Translations under genes and position numbers: made by a program | Notes under the pieces: model-generated | The model's database searches: none | What the model was told of the DNA's origin: nothing | What the model saw: only the letters and a program-made list of their open reading frames with translations | In this document: positions 1-11,991 of the stretch, in pieces | How the letters are laid out: every line of letters starts with the position of its first letter | Position numbering within the stretch: the first letter of the stretch is position 1 | From: Dickeya dadantii NCPPB 898 | GTDB lineage: Bacteria; Pseudomonadota; Gammaproteobacteria; Enterobacterales; Enterobacteriaceae | Assembly: GCF_000406145.1 (NCBI RefSeq) | Contig: NZ_CM001976.1 | Location: forward strand, 229,548 to 261,547 | DNA: 32,000 nucleotides | Direction: 5' to 3'

Positions 1-843
1 CTGGCTGGCGGCGGTAACGGCATTCATGCCGTCCAGATCGGTTACGAGGTGGTAGCCCAGCGCGTCCGCCTGTTCTTTCAGGCTCTTACCCTGATATTTA
101 CCGGCTTTGGCGATTTCTTTGAAGGTGGCTGCGCCGCCGCCCAGCGTGACATCGGCGCGGGTAACCAGCAACTGTTCGGCGATGGAGCCGCGACCGCCGT
201 TTTCCAGCGCGTTGGTCGGGCACTGCTGGCTGGTTTTTTCCGGGCCGTAGCATTTGCGCGATGTCACGTGAGACACCATCGCCGCCGGCGTGGCGTCTTC
301 CAGTTCGGCGGTGGAGACGTTACCGGTGGCTTTGCCCGCCGCTTTGGCGATTTCAATCAGCGTCTTATGGTCTTTGCCGTCCACGTCCACGCCCAGCGCG
401 CCGTTGTAGGTTTTGACGCCGCTGGACCAGGCGGTGGCCGATGCGGCGGAGTCGGTGACGTAGTCCGGTTTGCGGGTTTTTTTGTCCAGCGAGTAATGGG
501 TGTACTGACCGGTCAGCGGCAAGGCGTCGATGCCTTTGAAGAAGCCGCCCGCGCCCAGCGCGTAGTTACGTGCGGCGGTGATTTCCGAGTCGCCCATGCC
601 GTCGCCAATCAGCAGAATCACGTTTTTGGCGGTTTTCGCGTTGAGCGAGGCTTTCAGCATCTCGGTCTGATCGGCGCTCAGGCGACGCGCGCCGCCGGGC
701 TGAGTGATGTCGCCCTGAGCCTGACGGTGGTAATCGGCGCTGGCGGCCAGTGCGCTGCCGGCGATAAGCGTCATCATCAGAGAAGAGAGCAGGGGTTTGC
801 AGATCAGAGTCTTGCGGATCAAAGCCTTACGGGTCATGGTCAT
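1..843 (-). CDS. phoA: Alkaline phosphatase PhoA, N-terminal 281 codons (C-terminus lies beyond the left window edge)
   Basis: Hand translation of the minus strand from ATG at 843-841 gives [164 protein letters not shown]. This contains a signal peptide plus the PhoA DSAAS active-site motif and is near-colinear with E. coli PhoA as I recall it. It is open to position 1, so it is absent from the ORF track. The listed + strand ORF 49..873 is its antisense shadow. An alternative start is ATG at 837. Confidence 0.9.
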   Translation of the reverse strand, partial: MTMTRKALIRKTLICKPLLSSLMMTLIAGSALAASADYHRQAQGDITQPGGARRLSADQTEMLKASLNAKTAKNVILLIGDGMGDSEITAARNYALGAGGFFKGIDALPLTGQYTHYSLDKKTRKPDYVTDSAASATAWSSGVKTYNGALGVDVDGKDHKTLIEIAKAAGKATGNVSTAELEDATPAAMVSHVTSRKCYGPEKTSQQCPTNALENGGRGSIAEQLLVTRADVTLGGGAATFKEIAKAGKYQGKSLKEQADALGYHLVTDLDGMNAVTAASQ

Positions 844-890
844 TCACTCGCGGTTAAATTAAGTAACAAATAAACATGTGCGGTAAAACC

Positions 891-912
891 TAGACAGAGA
901 AAATGACAGAAT
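891..912 (-). promoter_or_regulatory. Candidate Pho box upstream of phoA
   Basis: The minus strand reads attCTGTCATtttctCTGTCTa, about 50 nt upstream of the phoA ATG. It has two CTGTC(A/T) repeats like PhoB half-sites, but they are spaced 12 nt apart rather than the canonical 11. Confidence 0.3.
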
Positions 913-944
913 GATGAACGTGGCGGGAATGGGTGAAAAAAGAC

Positions 945-974
945 ATAAAAAAACGGCTCCAGACGGGAGCCGTT
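945..974 (-). terminator. Rho-independent terminator of tpiA
   Basis: 9-bp stem aacggctcc (952-960) / ggagccgtt (966-974). On the minus strand it is followed by a T7 run (A-run 947-953 on the + strand), 22 nt after the tpiA stop. Confidence 0.8.
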
Positions 975-995
975 GTGCGGTATCAGCGGGGCTGA

Positions 996-1796
<801 letters not shown>

Positions 1797-1907
1797 TCAA
1801 TACATGGCTGCGTCAGGCAGCCAATCTGACGATGATACAGAACTGACGATAGTATAGAGTCGAAATGGCACGGTGGCTCTGTTTTTCGTGCCTAATTCTC
1901 GATGTGA

Positions 1908-2504
1908 TCACGAATCAGATAGCGCTAGCTTAATCGGTTCAACAGCGAAAGTTAGCCCCTTTTCGCCGTGATCCGCCACGACGTAGCGCAGCGCTCCCTC
2001 CGTTTGCTGGTAAAAGCGCTGACCTTTGCCTTTTTCCAGCAGCATTTCGATCTTTTTCAGGCTTTGCTCGTTGGTTAACGACGGCATAAAAGTGCGCACC
2101 AGCGCCGCCATGTAGCCGATAGCCTGCTTGCGTCGCCCGCTTTGGTCGGTGTCTTTCGGTTTGGGCAGCCAGGTAATCTGCATGGTTTTTATCTTGCCGG
2201 TGCCTTTTTCCAGCGCGGTGGAAGAATACAGGTGATCGTTGATGCGGCTGGCGGCGCGCGTCAGGTTGGGCGAGTCATCGCCGGTATCGATCACCCGGTA
2301 TTCGTTAATCGGCAACGATGGGTTGCTCAGGTTATAGCGGGTGCGAAACTGTATGATGTTCATATCGAACGTGGGAGAGCCTGACAGCAGATAGGGCGCG
2401 GCGGTCGGGGGTTTTTGCTGGAACAGGCCGTCACTCCGGGCAAACGGGGTACAGAGTAGGCCGGCAGACAGGCAACAAACAATCAACAGGGCATTTTTCA
2501 TCAT
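1908..2504 (-). CDS. yiiQ: DUF1454 family periplasmic protein (YiiQ-like)
   Basis: The ORF sits in the syntenic position between tpiA and yiiR. The track ORF starts at 2537, but the internal MMKNALLIVCCLSAGLLCTPFARS looks like a proper signal peptide, so a start at 2504 or 2501 is preferred. The start remains uncertain. Confidence 0.7.
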   Translation of the reverse strand: MMKNALLIVCCLSAGLLCTPFARSDGLFQQKPPTAAPYLLSGSPTFDMNIIQFRTRYNLSNPSLPINEYRVIDTGDDSPNLTRAASRINDHLYSSTALEKGTGKIKTMQITWLPKPKDTDQSGRRKQAIGYMAALVRTFMPSLTNEQSLKKIEMLLEKGKGQRFYQQTEGALRYVVADHGEKGLTFAVEPIKLALSDS

Positions 2505-2645
2505 CAATTCATTAGTATCGTCACTTATCGTTGGCATGCTGTGTGATTAAAACGGGATTCGGGATCGATTGTCAAAACGTGCGGTAAAAAAGGCCGCCTG
2601 ACTTAAGGTAAACTCATGCCGTAGAACCGCATTCGGGGATGGAAG

Positions 2646-3074
2646 GTGATGACGATACAACAATGGTGTTTTTCGTTTCGCGGCCGCGTTGGCCGCCGGG
2701 ATTTCTGGTTAGGAATGGCGATCGTGCTGGCGCTGATGGTGGGGTTGTTCATGTTGGCCGGGACCGGCTGGCTGGAAACCCAGAACGCGGCGTTCGTGCT
2801 GGTGGTGTTGATGTGGCCGCTGGCGGCGATACTGGTCAAACGGCTGCATGACCGCAACAAAAGCGGCTGGTGGGCATTACTGCTGGTGGTGGCCTGGATG
2901 CTGGGCAACGGCAACTGGGCGATGCTGCCGCCGCTCGGTCAGTGGGGGCTGGGGCGTTTTCTGCCGACGTTGATTGCCGTGATGATGCTGCTGGATTGCG
3001 GCGCGTTTGTCGGTACGAGTGGCGCGAACCGTTTCGGACCGGCAGCGGAGCCGTTGCGGCTCCGCGCTTCCTGA
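2646..3074 (+). CDS. yiiR: DUF805 inner-membrane protein (YiiR-like)
   Basis: 142-aa hydrophobic ORF with the DUF805-type N-terminus WCFSFRGRVGRRDFW. Position 2646 is GTG and is immediately followed by ATG at 2649. Confidence 0.8.
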   Translation: MMTIQQWCFSFRGRVGRRDFWLGMAIVLALMVGLFMLAGTGWLETQNAAFVLVVLMWPLAAILVKRLHDRNKSGWWALLLVVAWMLGNGNWAMLPPLGQWGLGRFLPTLIAVMMLLDCGAFVGTSGANRFGPAAEPLRLRAS

Positions 3075-3087
3075 ATCTCGTCCGTGG

Positions 3088-3834
3088 TTACCAGTAGTGC
3101 TCGCTGGTCATATGGCCGGGACGACGGCGCAGGTGTTTGCTCATCTGCCGCGTGTCTTTGAGCAACTGCTGGGTGTCCCGCACCATCTGCGGGTTGCCGC
3201 ACAGCATCACGTGGCTGGTCGCCGCGTCCATCGGCAGGCCGACCGCCGCTTCCAGCGCACCGCTTTCAATCAACGCCGGCACACGGCCGGTGAGCGAACC
3301 GGGCTGCTCCTCGCGGCTGACCACGGTCTGGATGCGCAGCTTGCCGTCATAGCGTTGTTCCAACTGTTGCATCAGCGGCAGAAAACTCAGGTCACGGGCG
3401 AAGCGGGCGGCGTGCACCAGCACGATATGTTTAAAGCGTTCCAGACCGCGTCCTTCCTGCAGAATCGACAGATACGGGCCGATGGCGGTGCCGGTCGCCA
3501 GCATCCACAGGGTGTCGCAATCCGGGATTTCGTCGAGCACGAAGAAGCCGGCGGCCTCCTGCGTCACCAAGACCTCATCGCCCGGCTGGCAACGGTGCAG
3601 ATGCGGGCTGAGCTTGCCGTCCGGTACGTTGACCAGATAAAACTCCAGCAGCGTGTCGCTGGGGGCGTTGACGTATGAATAGGCACGCTGTACCCGCTCG
3701 CCGCCCAGTTCCAGCGCCAGCTTGGCGAACTGCCCGGCGGTAAACGGCGCCACCGGCGCTTCCAGCCGCAGACTGAATAAGTTTTCCGTCCAGTGTTCAA
3801 CCTGAATAACCTTGCCGGTCACCCACTCTGCCAT
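3088..3834 (-). CDS. fpr: Ferredoxin/flavodoxin-NADP+ reductase
   Basis: 248 aa, MAEWVTGKV...RAYSYVN...MLCGNPQMV...HMTSEHYW, colinear with E. coli Fpr over its full length. An AGGAG Shine-Dalgarno sequence lies upstream. Confidence 0.95.
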   Translation of the reverse strand: MAEWVTGKVIQVEHWTENLFSLRLEAPVAPFTAGQFAKLALELGGERVQRAYSYVNAPSDTLLEFYLVNVPDGKLSPHLHRCQPGDEVLVTQEAAGFFVLDEIPDCDTLWMLATGTAIGPYLSILQEGRGLERFKHIVLVHAARFARDLSFLPLMQQLEQRYDGKLRIQTVVSREEQPGSLTGRVPALIESGALEAAVGLPMDAATSHVMLCGNPQMVRDTQQLLKDTRQMSKHLRRRPGHMTSEHYW

Positions 3835-3943
3835 GGTTCTATGCTCCTGTTTTGATCTCTCGGGTGTCGCAGGGCTGCACGCAGCCAGACCTTACGATAC
3901 GCGATCTGTTAACAACAGTGAAACAATTCGTGCCTTGCCGCGG

Positions 3944-4954
3944 CTACAGCAGAAAGGCGTGCAGCGCCTGATCTTTACGGTCCAGATAATGAGTGGAACT
4001 GATGCGGCGGATGGTGCGCGACTTGCCGCGGATCAGCAGCGTTTCGGTGGTGGCGATGTTGCCGCGGCGGGAAATGCCGTTGAGCAGGTCGCCCTTGGTG
4101 ATGCCGGTGGCGGAAAAGATCACGTTGTCGTTGCGCGCCATGTCGTCCAGCATCAGCACCTTGCCGGCTTCGATGCCCATTTCACGGCAGCGCGCCAGCT
4201 CTTGTTCGCCCAGCCGGCGGTTTTCCGCATTGTCTTCCTTCACCTGATGACGGGCCAGCAAACGCCCCTGCATGTCGCCATCCAGCGCGCGGATCACCGC
4301 CGCCGAGATCACACCTTCCGGCGCGCCGCCGATGCCGTAGAGCACATCGACCTCGCTTTCCGGCATGCAGGTCAGAATTGAGGCGGCCACGTCTCCATCA
4401 GGAATGGCGAACACTTTTACGCCCAGTCGCTGCATGTCGGCGATCACCCGATCGTGGCGCGGTTTGGCCAGCGTGATCACGGTCAGTTCGCTGAGCGGCT
4501 TGCCCAATCGTTCCGCTACCCGTTTCAGGTTGTCTTCCAGCGGGCGGTCAAGGTCGATAGCGCCTTTGGCCTGCGGGCCGACAATCAGCTTTTCCATGTA
4601 CATGTCGGGCGCGTGCAGGAAAGTTCCCTGTTCGCCTACCGCCAGCACCGCCAGCGCGTTCGCCTGCCCCATCGCCGTCATGCGAGTGCCTTCGATCGGA
4701 TCGACGGCGATGTCCACCGCGTCGCCGCGCCCAGTGCCTACCTGCTCGCCGATGTAGAGCATCGGCGCTTCATCGATTTCACCTTCGCCGATGACGATTT
4801 GACCGTTGATGTCGACCTGATTGAGCATGATGCGCATCGCCTGCACCGCGGCGTTGTCGGCGGCGTTCTTATCGCCACGGCCCAGCCATTTGTAGCCGGC
4901 CAGCGCGGCCGCTTCGGTAACGCGGGAGAATTCGATGGCTAATTCACGTTTCAT
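3944..4954 (-). CDS. glpX: Class II fructose-1,6-bisphosphatase
   Basis: 336 aa, MKRELAIEFSRVTEAAALAGYKWLGRGDKN..., the same length as and near-identical to E. coli GlpX. Confidence 0.96.
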   Translation of the reverse strand: MKRELAIEFSRVTEAAALAGYKWLGRGDKNAADNAAVQAMRIMLNQVDINGQIVIGEGEIDEAPMLYIGEQVGTGRGDAVDIAVDPIEGTRMTAMGQANALAVLAVGEQGTFLHAPDMYMEKLIVGPQAKGAIDLDRPLEDNLKRVAERLGKPLSELTVITLAKPRHDRVIADMQRLGVKVFAIPDGDVAASILTCMPESEVDVLYGIGGAPEGVISAAVIRALDGDMQGRLLARHQVKEDNAENRRLGEQELARCREMGIEAGKVLMLDDMARNDNVIFSATGITKGDLLNGISRRGNIATTETLLIRGKSRTIRRISSTHYLDRKDQALHAFLL

Positions 4955-5040
4955 GGATACCTGTCTTGAACGGGGAGTAAAGGAGTAGTCGGGGCATTAT
5001 GGTAGCACAGGCGTAATGGCGGACGGGGGGGAGAGGGAAA

Positions 5041-5066
5041 GGAAAAAGGGCGCGATAGCCGCGCCC
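5041..5066 (-). terminator. Rho-independent terminator or attenuator after glpK
   Basis: Stem gggcgcg (5048-5054) / cgcgccc (5060-5066) with a 5-nt loop. It is followed on the minus strand by TTTTT, 21 nt after the glpK stop. Confidence 0.65.
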
Positions 5067-5086
5067 GATCAAGGATAGCGATGATT

Positions 5087-6598
<1,512 letters not shown>

Positions 6599-6625
6599 AA
6601 ACGTAATCCTGTTAGCGGAGTAGGG

Positions 6626-7477
6626 TTAGACCTTACGGGTTTGAGCTGACGCTGCCGTGTCGGTATCTGTGTCTGTGGCGCAGACATCGCAGGGCAGGTT
6701 GCGGCCAATCAGGGAGCGATAGCCAAATGCGCCCAGACAGGCGCCGACAATCGGGCCGAAAATCGGTATCAGTATATAAGGGATATCGCGTCCGCCGGTC
6801 AGCGCGATCTTGCCCCAGCCGGCGAAATAGGCAAACAGCTTCGGACCGGCATCACGCGCCGGGTTCATGGCAAATCCGGTCAACGGCCCCATGGAGGCGC
6901 CAATGACCGCGATCAAAATACCGATCAACAGCGGTGCCAGCGGCCCGCGCGGGATGCCGTTGCCGTCGTCGGTCAACGCCAGAATCAGGCACATCAGAAT
7001 GGCGGTGATGACCGTTTCCACCAGAAACGCCTGCAGCACCGAAATGTGCGGGTTGGGGTAGGTGGAGAAGATGCCTGCCAGATCGAGGCTTTCCACACTG
7101 CCGCGCACCATGTTGTGCGTCTGCTCGATGTTGTCGAACAGGTTGTGGTAGAGGCCGTAGACCAGCGCGGCCGAGCAGAACGCGCCGGCCACCTGTGAGA
7201 CGATGTAAGGTAGCACCTTGCGGCCATCGAAGCAGGCAAACAGCCACAGGGCAATGGTCACCGCCGGATTGAGGTGGGCGCCGGAAATCGCGGCGGTCAG
7301 GTAGATCGCCATCGCGACACCCAACCCCCAAATAATGCTGATTTCCCATAGCCCCAGACTGGCGCCTGCCAGTTTCAGAGCCGCGACACAGCCAACGCCA
7401 AAGAAAATCAACAGGCCAGTACCGAGAAACTCGGCAATGCACTGGCCTTTAAGGGTAGAAAGTTCAGATTGACTCAT
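6626..7477 (-). CDS. glpF: Glycerol uptake facilitator (aquaglyceroporin)
   Basis: 283 aa with two NPA motifs (HLNPAVT, MNPARD), located directly upstream of glpK. Confidence 0.97.
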   Translation of the reverse strand: MSQSELSTLKGQCIAEFLGTGLLIFFGVGCVAALKLAGASLGLWEISIIWGLGVAMAIYLTAAISGAHLNPAVTIALWLFACFDGRKVLPYIVSQVAGAFCSAALVYGLYHNLFDNIEQTHNMVRGSVESLDLAGIFSTYPNPHISVLQAFLVETVITAILMCLILALTDDGNGIPRGPLAPLLIGILIAVIGASMGPLTGFAMNPARDAGPKLFAYFAGWGKIALTGGRDIPYILIPIFGPIVGACLGAFGYRSLIGRNLPCDVCATDTDTDTAASAQTRKV

Positions 7478-7599
7478 AATGCTTGTTCCTGCTTATAGGC
7501 TACAGCATGGATGGTTGACGCAGGTCGATGGAATAACCTGCGCGTTTTTGGTCTGTCTCGTCACTCCTGAGAAGATTCACGGCCAGACTCTTTTTTGTA

Positions 7600-7700
7600 T
7601 TTCGGATGTGAATTTATCGTTAATGTTCGAAAACGAGAAATATCGAAATCAAAATGTGTGTGACACGTCAAGAAAATGCGCGCATTCGCGTAATTAGCGA
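7600..7700 (-). promoter_or_regulatory. glpFKX control region with tandem GlpR operators and a CRP-like site
   Basis: The minus strand reads gtcacacacattttgatttcgatatttctcgttttcgaacattaacgataaattcac. It contains repeated TTCGA/TCGAA cores typical of GlpR operators and resembles the E. coli glpFK operator region as I recall it. A TGTGTGTGACACGTCA element (7654-7669) is CRP-like. Confidence 0.55.
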
Positions 7701-8031
7701 AAAAATGCCCCTCTGCCCTTCCGGGCCGGTGTTAACAGGGGTGTTAAATGCATTAACATTAGTGCTGTTTAATAATGATCCGGGTGATTTTCAGTCTGTG
7801 CTGATAGCGCATGAGCGAAAAAGCAGGCAGAGTCGCTGTTTTACCGGCGGTGTGCTGGACACGCCTGATCCGGCTACATACAATTTGGCTGGCGTTTACG
7901 TCGGGCGCGCCAGCGCCGGGGTGTGAAGGGCCGCGAGACATCTGTTTGCGAGATGCCGTCCGTGACACGCCCGTTCGTGGTACATCTGCGTTAACCGGCT
8001 TATGCCGTGCGATCAAAAGGGGTTAGAAGTT

Positions 8032-8274
8032 ATGTCATTTGAAGTGTTTGAGAAGCTGGAAGCGAAAGTTCAGCAGGCGATTGACACGATCACGCTGTTG
8101 CAGATGGAAATCGAAGAGCTGAAAGAGAAGAACAATACGTTGTCGCAGGAAGTGGAGAGTATGGCGGGCAACCGTGATGCGCTGATGCGCGAGAACGAGC
8201 AGCTAAAGCAGGAACAGCTGGTATGGCAAGAGCGCCTGCGTGCGCTGCTGGGTAAAATGGAAGACGTTCAGTAA
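8032..8274 (+). CDS. zapB: Cell division coiled-coil protein ZapB
   Basis: [35 protein letters not shown]... matches E. coli ZapB. The track ORF (8002) has 10 extra N-terminal residues, and the ATG at 8032 is chosen by homology. Confidence 0.93.
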   Translation: MSFEVFEKLEAKVQQAIDTITLLQMEIEELKEKNNTLSQEVESMAGNRDALMRENEQLKQEQLVWQERLRALLGKMEDVQ

Positions 8275-8304
8275 TCGCCGAAGTCAGACTGACGGGAGGC
8301 GCAC

Positions 8305-8330
8305 AGGGCGTCCGTTGACGCCCTTGGGTA
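8305..8330 (+). terminator. Hairpin between convergent zapB and rraA
   Basis: 8-bp stem agggcgtc / gacgccct with a 4-nt loop. The U tract that follows (tgggtattt) is weak. Confidence 0.45.
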
Positions 8331-8339
8331 TTTAGCCCG

Positions 8340-8894
<555 letters not shown>

Positions 8895-8983
8895 TCATCA
8901 ACCGCGGCTTTGACCCGCATCAGTAATCGGTAGTGATTTTGCCAGCCCGGACAACCTGTTACTCAGCTCTGGCGGGCGATCGC

Positions 8984-9901
8984 CTAGCTCAGCAGCACGC
9001 CCACCGCGAACAGCAGATTGGTGAGCAACGCGCCCTTCACGGTTTTTTCCAGCATCGGACGCATACTGAACGCGGTGGTTTCCCGCATCACGTAGCGCCC
9101 TTGTTTCACCAATAGCGGCAGCGCCAGAATAAACAACCAGCCGGCCAGCGTATGCAGATAAAGCATGGCGAACAGCGCCAGACAGACCGGCGCCGTCATC
9201 AGCAACACCATGTGGTAGCGCCGGGCTTTGTGAGCGCCGAGCCGCACCGCCAGCGTGTTCTTGCCGTTTTCCCGGTCGCTGTCGATATCGCGCAGGTTGT
9301 TGATGTTGAGCACCGCGACGGCCAGCAGGCCGCAGGCGGTCGCGGGCAGAATCACGCTGCTGTCGAAGTGACCGGTTTGCAGGTAGTACGAGCCGGCCAC
9401 GCTTAGCCAGCCGAAAAAGATCAGCACCGAGATGTCGCCAAGCCCGATATAGCCATACGGTTTATTGCCGACGGTATAGGTAATGGCGGCCAGAATCGCC
9501 AACAGGCCGAGCGCCAGAAACACCACGATATCCACCGGCTTTTCGCAGGCCAGCGCTACCAACGCGCTGCCGGAGATTGCCGTCAGCGTCACGGTAATGA
9601 GCAGCGCCTTACGCAGCTCCGGCAGGCTGATGGCACCGGTCTGGATGCCGCGTAGCGGGCCGATGCGGTCTTCCTTGTCGCTGCCTTTCACGGCATCGCC
9701 ATAGTCATTAGCCAGATTGGAGAGGATTTGCAACAGGCCGGCGGTAATCAGCGTCAGCAGCGCCACGCCGGGCTTGAAGTTGCTGTGCCAGCAGGCGATG
9801 ACGGTGCCGGTAACGATGGAGGCAAAAGCCAGCGGCAGCGTCTTGGGACGCAGGCTGTCCAGCCAGGCTTGGGTTTTGCTGCTATGTGTCAATTGGGTCA
9901 T
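8984..9901 (-). CDS. menA: 1,4-dihydroxy-2-naphthoate octaprenyltransferase
   Basis: 305-aa polytopic membrane protein of the UbiA family with motifs NDYGDAVKGSD and NNLRDIDSDRENGKNT, colinear with E. coli MenA. Confidence 0.95.
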   Translation of the reverse strand: MTQLTHSSKTQAWLDSLRPKTLPLAFASIVTGTVIACWHSNFKPGVALLTLITAGLLQILSNLANDYGDAVKGSDKEDRIGPLRGIQTGAISLPELRKALLITVTLTAISGSALVALACEKPVDIVVFLALGLLAILAAITYTVGNKPYGYIGLGDISVLIFFGWLSVAGSYYLQTGHFDSSVILPATACGLLAVAVLNINNLRDIDSDRENGKNTLAVRLGAHKARRYHMVLLMTAPVCLALFAMLYLHTLAGWLFILALPLLVKQGRYVMRETTAFSMRPMLEKTVKGALLTNLLFAVGVLLS

Positions 9902-9935
9902 GGTGTCAATTGGGTCATGGTGTTAATGGGCCATG
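9886..9935. repeat. 17-bp tandem repeat (two perfect copies and one degenerate copy) spanning the menA start codon
   Basis: gtgtcaattgggtcatg occurs at 9886-9902 and 9903-9919, followed by gtgttaatgggccatg at 9920-9935. Confidence 0.9.
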
Positions 9936-9991
9936 GTATCAGCCAGATTGTGGCGCGTTCAGTTCTGAAAAAATAAAGCCTGGTGACGGTG

Positions 9992-10027
9992 ATAAAAACA
10001 ACAGTGGGAGGCATCGGCCTCCCACTG
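9992..10027 (-). terminator. Rho-independent terminator of hslVU
   Basis: 11-bp stem cagtgggaggc (10002-10012) / gcctcccactg (10017-10027) with a 4-nt loop. On the minus strand it is followed by ttgttttta. Confidence 0.85.
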
Positions 10028-10058
10028 GTCAGTCATCAGTGCGATCCGTGAACACGGA

Positions 10059-11390
10059 TTATAAGATAAATCGGCTCAGATCTTCATCTGCTACCAACTC
10101 ATCAAGGTGACTGCGTACGTAATCTGCATCGATCGTCACGGTTTGGCCGTGCATTTCGCTGGCGCCGTAGGAAACGTCTTCGATCAGTCGTTCCAGCACC
10201 GTGTGCAGACGACGGGCGCCGATGTTCTCCGTACGCTCGTTGACCTGCCAGGCCGCCTCCGCGATGCGGCGGATGCCGTCCGGCAGGAACGTGATGTTGA
10301 CGCCTTCGGTTTCCATCAACGCCTGATACTGACGGGTCAGCGACGCGCTGGGTTCGGTCAGAATACGCTCGAAATCTTCGGTGGTCAGCGCCTGCAACTC
10401 CACGCGAATCGGCAGACGGCCCTGCAGCTCGGGGATCAGGTCCGACGGGCTGGCGACCTGGAACGCGCCGGAGGCGATGAATAGGATATGGTCGGTTTTC
10501 ACCATGCCGTGCTTGGTGGACACGGTACAGCCTTCCACCAGCGGCAGCAGGTCGCGCTGCACCCCTTCGCGGGACACGTCCGGGCCGGAGGTATCGCCCC
10601 GTTTGCAGATCTTGTCGATTTCATCGATGAACACAATGCCGTGCTGCTCCACCGCTTCGATCGCCTGCTGCTTAAGCTCTTCCGGATTGACCAGCTTGGC
10701 GGCTTCTTCTTCCACCAGCAACTTGAAAGCTTCGCGAATCTTGATTTTGCGGTTTTTCTGTTTCTGACCCGCCAGATTCTGGAACATTGACTGCAACTGA
10801 TTGGTCATCTCTTCCATGCCCGGCGGGGCCATGATCTCAACACCGACGGGGGCGGCGGCCAGCTCGATTTCGATCTCTTTATCGTCAAGCGACCCTTCAC
10901 GCAGTTTCTTGCGAAACGCCTGGCGGGCGGCAGACGGCTCGTGGTTCTCTTCCGGCTGACCCCAGTTGTTCTTGGCCGGCGGAATCAGCACGTCCAGAAT
11001 GCGCTCTTCGGCCAGTTCTTCGGCGCGATAGCGGTTTTTCTCCATCGACTGCTGACGCACCATTTTGATGGCGACATCGGTCAGGTCGCGGATAATCGAG
11101 TCGACTTCCTTGCCGACGTAGCCCACTTCGGTGAATTTGGTCGCTTCCACCTTGATGAACGGGGCATTGGCTAACTTGGCGAGACGACGGGCGATTTCGG
11201 TTTTCCCCACCCCGGTCGGGCCGATCATCAGAATGTTTTTCGGGGTGACTTCATGGCGCAGGCTCTCTTCCAGCTGCATGCGGCGCCAGCGGTTACGCAA
11301 GGCAATCGCCACGGCGCGCTTCGCTTTGTGCTGGCCGATGATATAGCTATCAAGCTCGCTGACTATTTCGCGCGGGGTCATTTCAGACAT
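10059..11390 (-). CDS. hslU: ATP-dependent protease ATPase subunit HslU (ClpY)
   Basis: 443 aa with Walker [16 protein letters not shown], colinear with E. coli HslU. Confidence 0.98.
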   Translation of the reverse strand: MSEMTPREIVSELDSYIIGQHKAKRAVAIALRNRWRRMQLEESLRHEVTPKNILMIGPTGVGKTEIARRLAKLANAPFIKVEATKFTEVGYVGKEVDSIIRDLTDVAIKMVRQQSMEKNRYRAEELAEERILDVLIPPAKNNWGQPEENHEPSAARQAFRKKLREGSLDDKEIEIELAAAPVGVEIMAPPGMEEMTNQLQSMFQNLAGQKQKNRKIKIREAFKLLVEEEAAKLVNPEELKQQAIEAVEQHGIVFIDEIDKICKRGDTSGPDVSREGVQRDLLPLVEGCTVSTKHGMVKTDHILFIASGAFQVASPSDLIPELQGRLPIRVELQALTTEDFERILTEPSASLTRQYQALMETEGVNITFLPDGIRRIAEAAWQVNERTENIGARRLHTVLERLIEDVSYGASEMHGQTVTIDADYVRSHLDELVADEDLSRFIL

Positions 11391-11399
11391 AGTGGATCC

Positions 11400-11930
11400 T
11401 TACGCCTTGGAGGCTAATTCTTCAATCGTGTGGAACTGGTTGGTGTAGATGCAGATATCACCCGCAATACCCAGTGACTTTTCGACAATTTCCCGTGCGC
11501 TTAATTCGGTATTTTCCAGCAGTGCGCGTGCGGCAGCCTGCGCGTAGGGGCCGCCGGAGCCGATGGCGATCAGATCGTTTTCCGGCTGAATCACATCGCC
11601 GTTGCCGGTGATGATCAGCGAGGCGTTTTCGTCGGCGACCGCCAGTAACGCTTCCAGTCGACGCAGCATGCGATCGGTGCGCCAGTCTTTAGCCAGTTCC
11701 ACGGCGGCCTTCACCAGATGTCCCTGATGCAGCTCCAGTTTGCGTTCGAACAGTTCAAACAGGGTAAACGCATCAGCGGTGCCGCCGGCGAATCCGGCGA
11801 TAACCCGGTCGTTGTACAGACGACGTACTTTGCGCACGTTGCCTTTCATTACGGTGTTGCCCAGGGTGGCTTGCCCGTCTCCGCCAATCACGACCTGACC
11901 GTTGCGGCGTACGCTTACAATTGTTGTCAC
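11400..11930 (-). CDS. hslV: ATP-dependent protease subunit HslV (ClpQ)
   Basis: 176 aa, (M)[19 protein letters not shown] with the N-terminal Thr nucleophile. The start codon is GTG (11930-11928), preceded by a GGGGA Shine-Dalgarno sequence. Confidence 0.97.
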   Translation of the reverse strand: MTTIVSVRRNGQVVIGGDGQATLGNTVMKGNVRKVRRLYNDRVIAGFAGGTADAFTLFELFERKLELHQGHLVKAAVELAKDWRTDRMLRRLEALLAVADENASLIITGNGDVIQPENDLIAIGSGGPYAQAAARALLENTELSAREIVEKSLGIAGDICIYTNQFHTIEELASKA

Positions 11931-11950
11931 GAGTTTATCCCCGTTACTGA

Positions 11951-11978
11951 GAAAAAGGCCCCCGCGCGGACGCGGGGC
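11951..11978 (-). terminator. GC hairpin plus U5: ftsN terminator that also lies at the 5' end of the hslVU leader
   Basis: The minus strand reads gCCCCGCGuccgCGCGGGGgccuuuuu. The 7-bp G/C stem pairs 11971-11977 with 11960-11966 and has a tetraloop. The hairpin is about 40 nt after the ftsN stop and downstream of the sigma32 -10 element. Confidence 0.7.
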
Positions 11979-11991
11979 ATATTGACGATAA

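Noticed and set aside
49-873. 274-aa + strand ORF at the left edge
   Set aside because: It is antisense to a clearly recognisable phoA reading frame. Its Arg/Gly/Ala/Val-rich, low-complexity translation is typical of shadow ORFs in GC-rich DNA.
6626-6700. Imperfect (ACA GAY)x3 repeat encoding TDTDTDT at the glpF C-terminus
   Set aside because: It is a short, imperfect, in-frame low-complexity tail in a region that varies among GlpF orthologues. I see no evidence of function or instability.
7479-8026. Several 70-90-aa ORFs in the glpF-zapB intergenic region
   Set aside because: They overlap the glpFKX operator and promoter region and each other. They lack ribosome-binding sites and recognisable motifs. 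The spacer is of ordinary size for this divergent promoter region.
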